NCBI RefSeq assembly: GCF_006345805.1
Contig: NC_043002.1
Span: 118,048,001-118,112,000, forward strand
Length of the DNA stretch: 64,000 bases
Direction: 5' to 3'
From: Octopus sinensis
Taxonomy: Eukaryota
A program made the position numbers and the translations under genes. The notes beneath the pieces are model-generated. The model had not been told where the DNA came from and searched no databases. It worked only from the letters and a program-made list of their open reading frames with translations. Of the stretch, positions 63,511 through 64,000 are shown one piece after another; position 1 is the first letter of the stretch; every line of letters starts with the position of its first letter.

Positions 63511-64000
63511 GATGGAGATGAGTTGCAATGGGAAGAGTTGAATCTCATAAGAATGGAAAAACAAGCAACAACAAATGGGTTGTACCTTAAAATGAAACTC
63601 TTTTAAGAGCATTCGAATGCCATTGCAATGTTGAAATTGTTGCCTTGGTGAGGTGAATTAAGTACATCATCAAGTACAGGCTGAAAGGAAATGACTAAGA
63701 TGCTGTTCAAATAAACAATGATAACAACATTAGTCAATACCTATTGAATTGGTATACTGGACCATCCGAAGCAGTTGCATCCATTTTAGGATTTACAATT
63801 CATGAAAGAGCACCTGCAATAGTGAGACTGCAAGGTCATCTACCAGATGAACAAAGAATACTGCTCAGAAATAATGAGGATATATATGGCTGTCAATGAA
63901 TGACATATGAGAACAATATTGACAGAATTCTTTTCATTGTGCATCAATGATGACTTTGCAAAAACATTACTTTACGCTGTAGTACCCATGTATTTCATTT
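63510..64000 (+). mobile_element. Decayed Helitron Rep/helicase fragment
   Basis: NNKWVVP, LRAFECHCNVEIVA, IKYIIKY.LKGND and GPSEAVASILGFTIHERAPAIVRLQGHLP are typical of the Helitron Rep region. Confidence 0.85.

Overview
Eukaryotic, AT-rich, microsatellite-dense DNA with no host gene I can support. The repeat complement (R4/Dong LINEs in (TAA)n, RTE LINEs with (GAT)n tails, tRNA-derived SINEs) suggests a cephalopod, probably Octopus; this is an inference, not a database result. Almost everything is transposon-derived: RTE LINEs (one with a PHD finger inside the RT region, one with three C2H2 fingers), an R4/Dong cluster in a ~9 kb (AAT/GAT)n tract, CR1/L2-like fragments, hAT, mariner, maT (DD37D), Tc1, Helitron and Penelope remnants, MITEs, SINEs and a 582-bp tandem duplication. 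The most interesting signal is non-coding: a type I hammerhead ribozyme (HHR) with an intact core in a ~355-nt tandem repeat (33196-33769, retrozyme or Penelope pseudo-LTR-like). About eight further decayed HHR-like motifs, many with a long stem II and a palindromic stem III loop, lie next to (TA)n tracts and inverted repeats. All folds and alignments were done by eye and coordinates are approximate.
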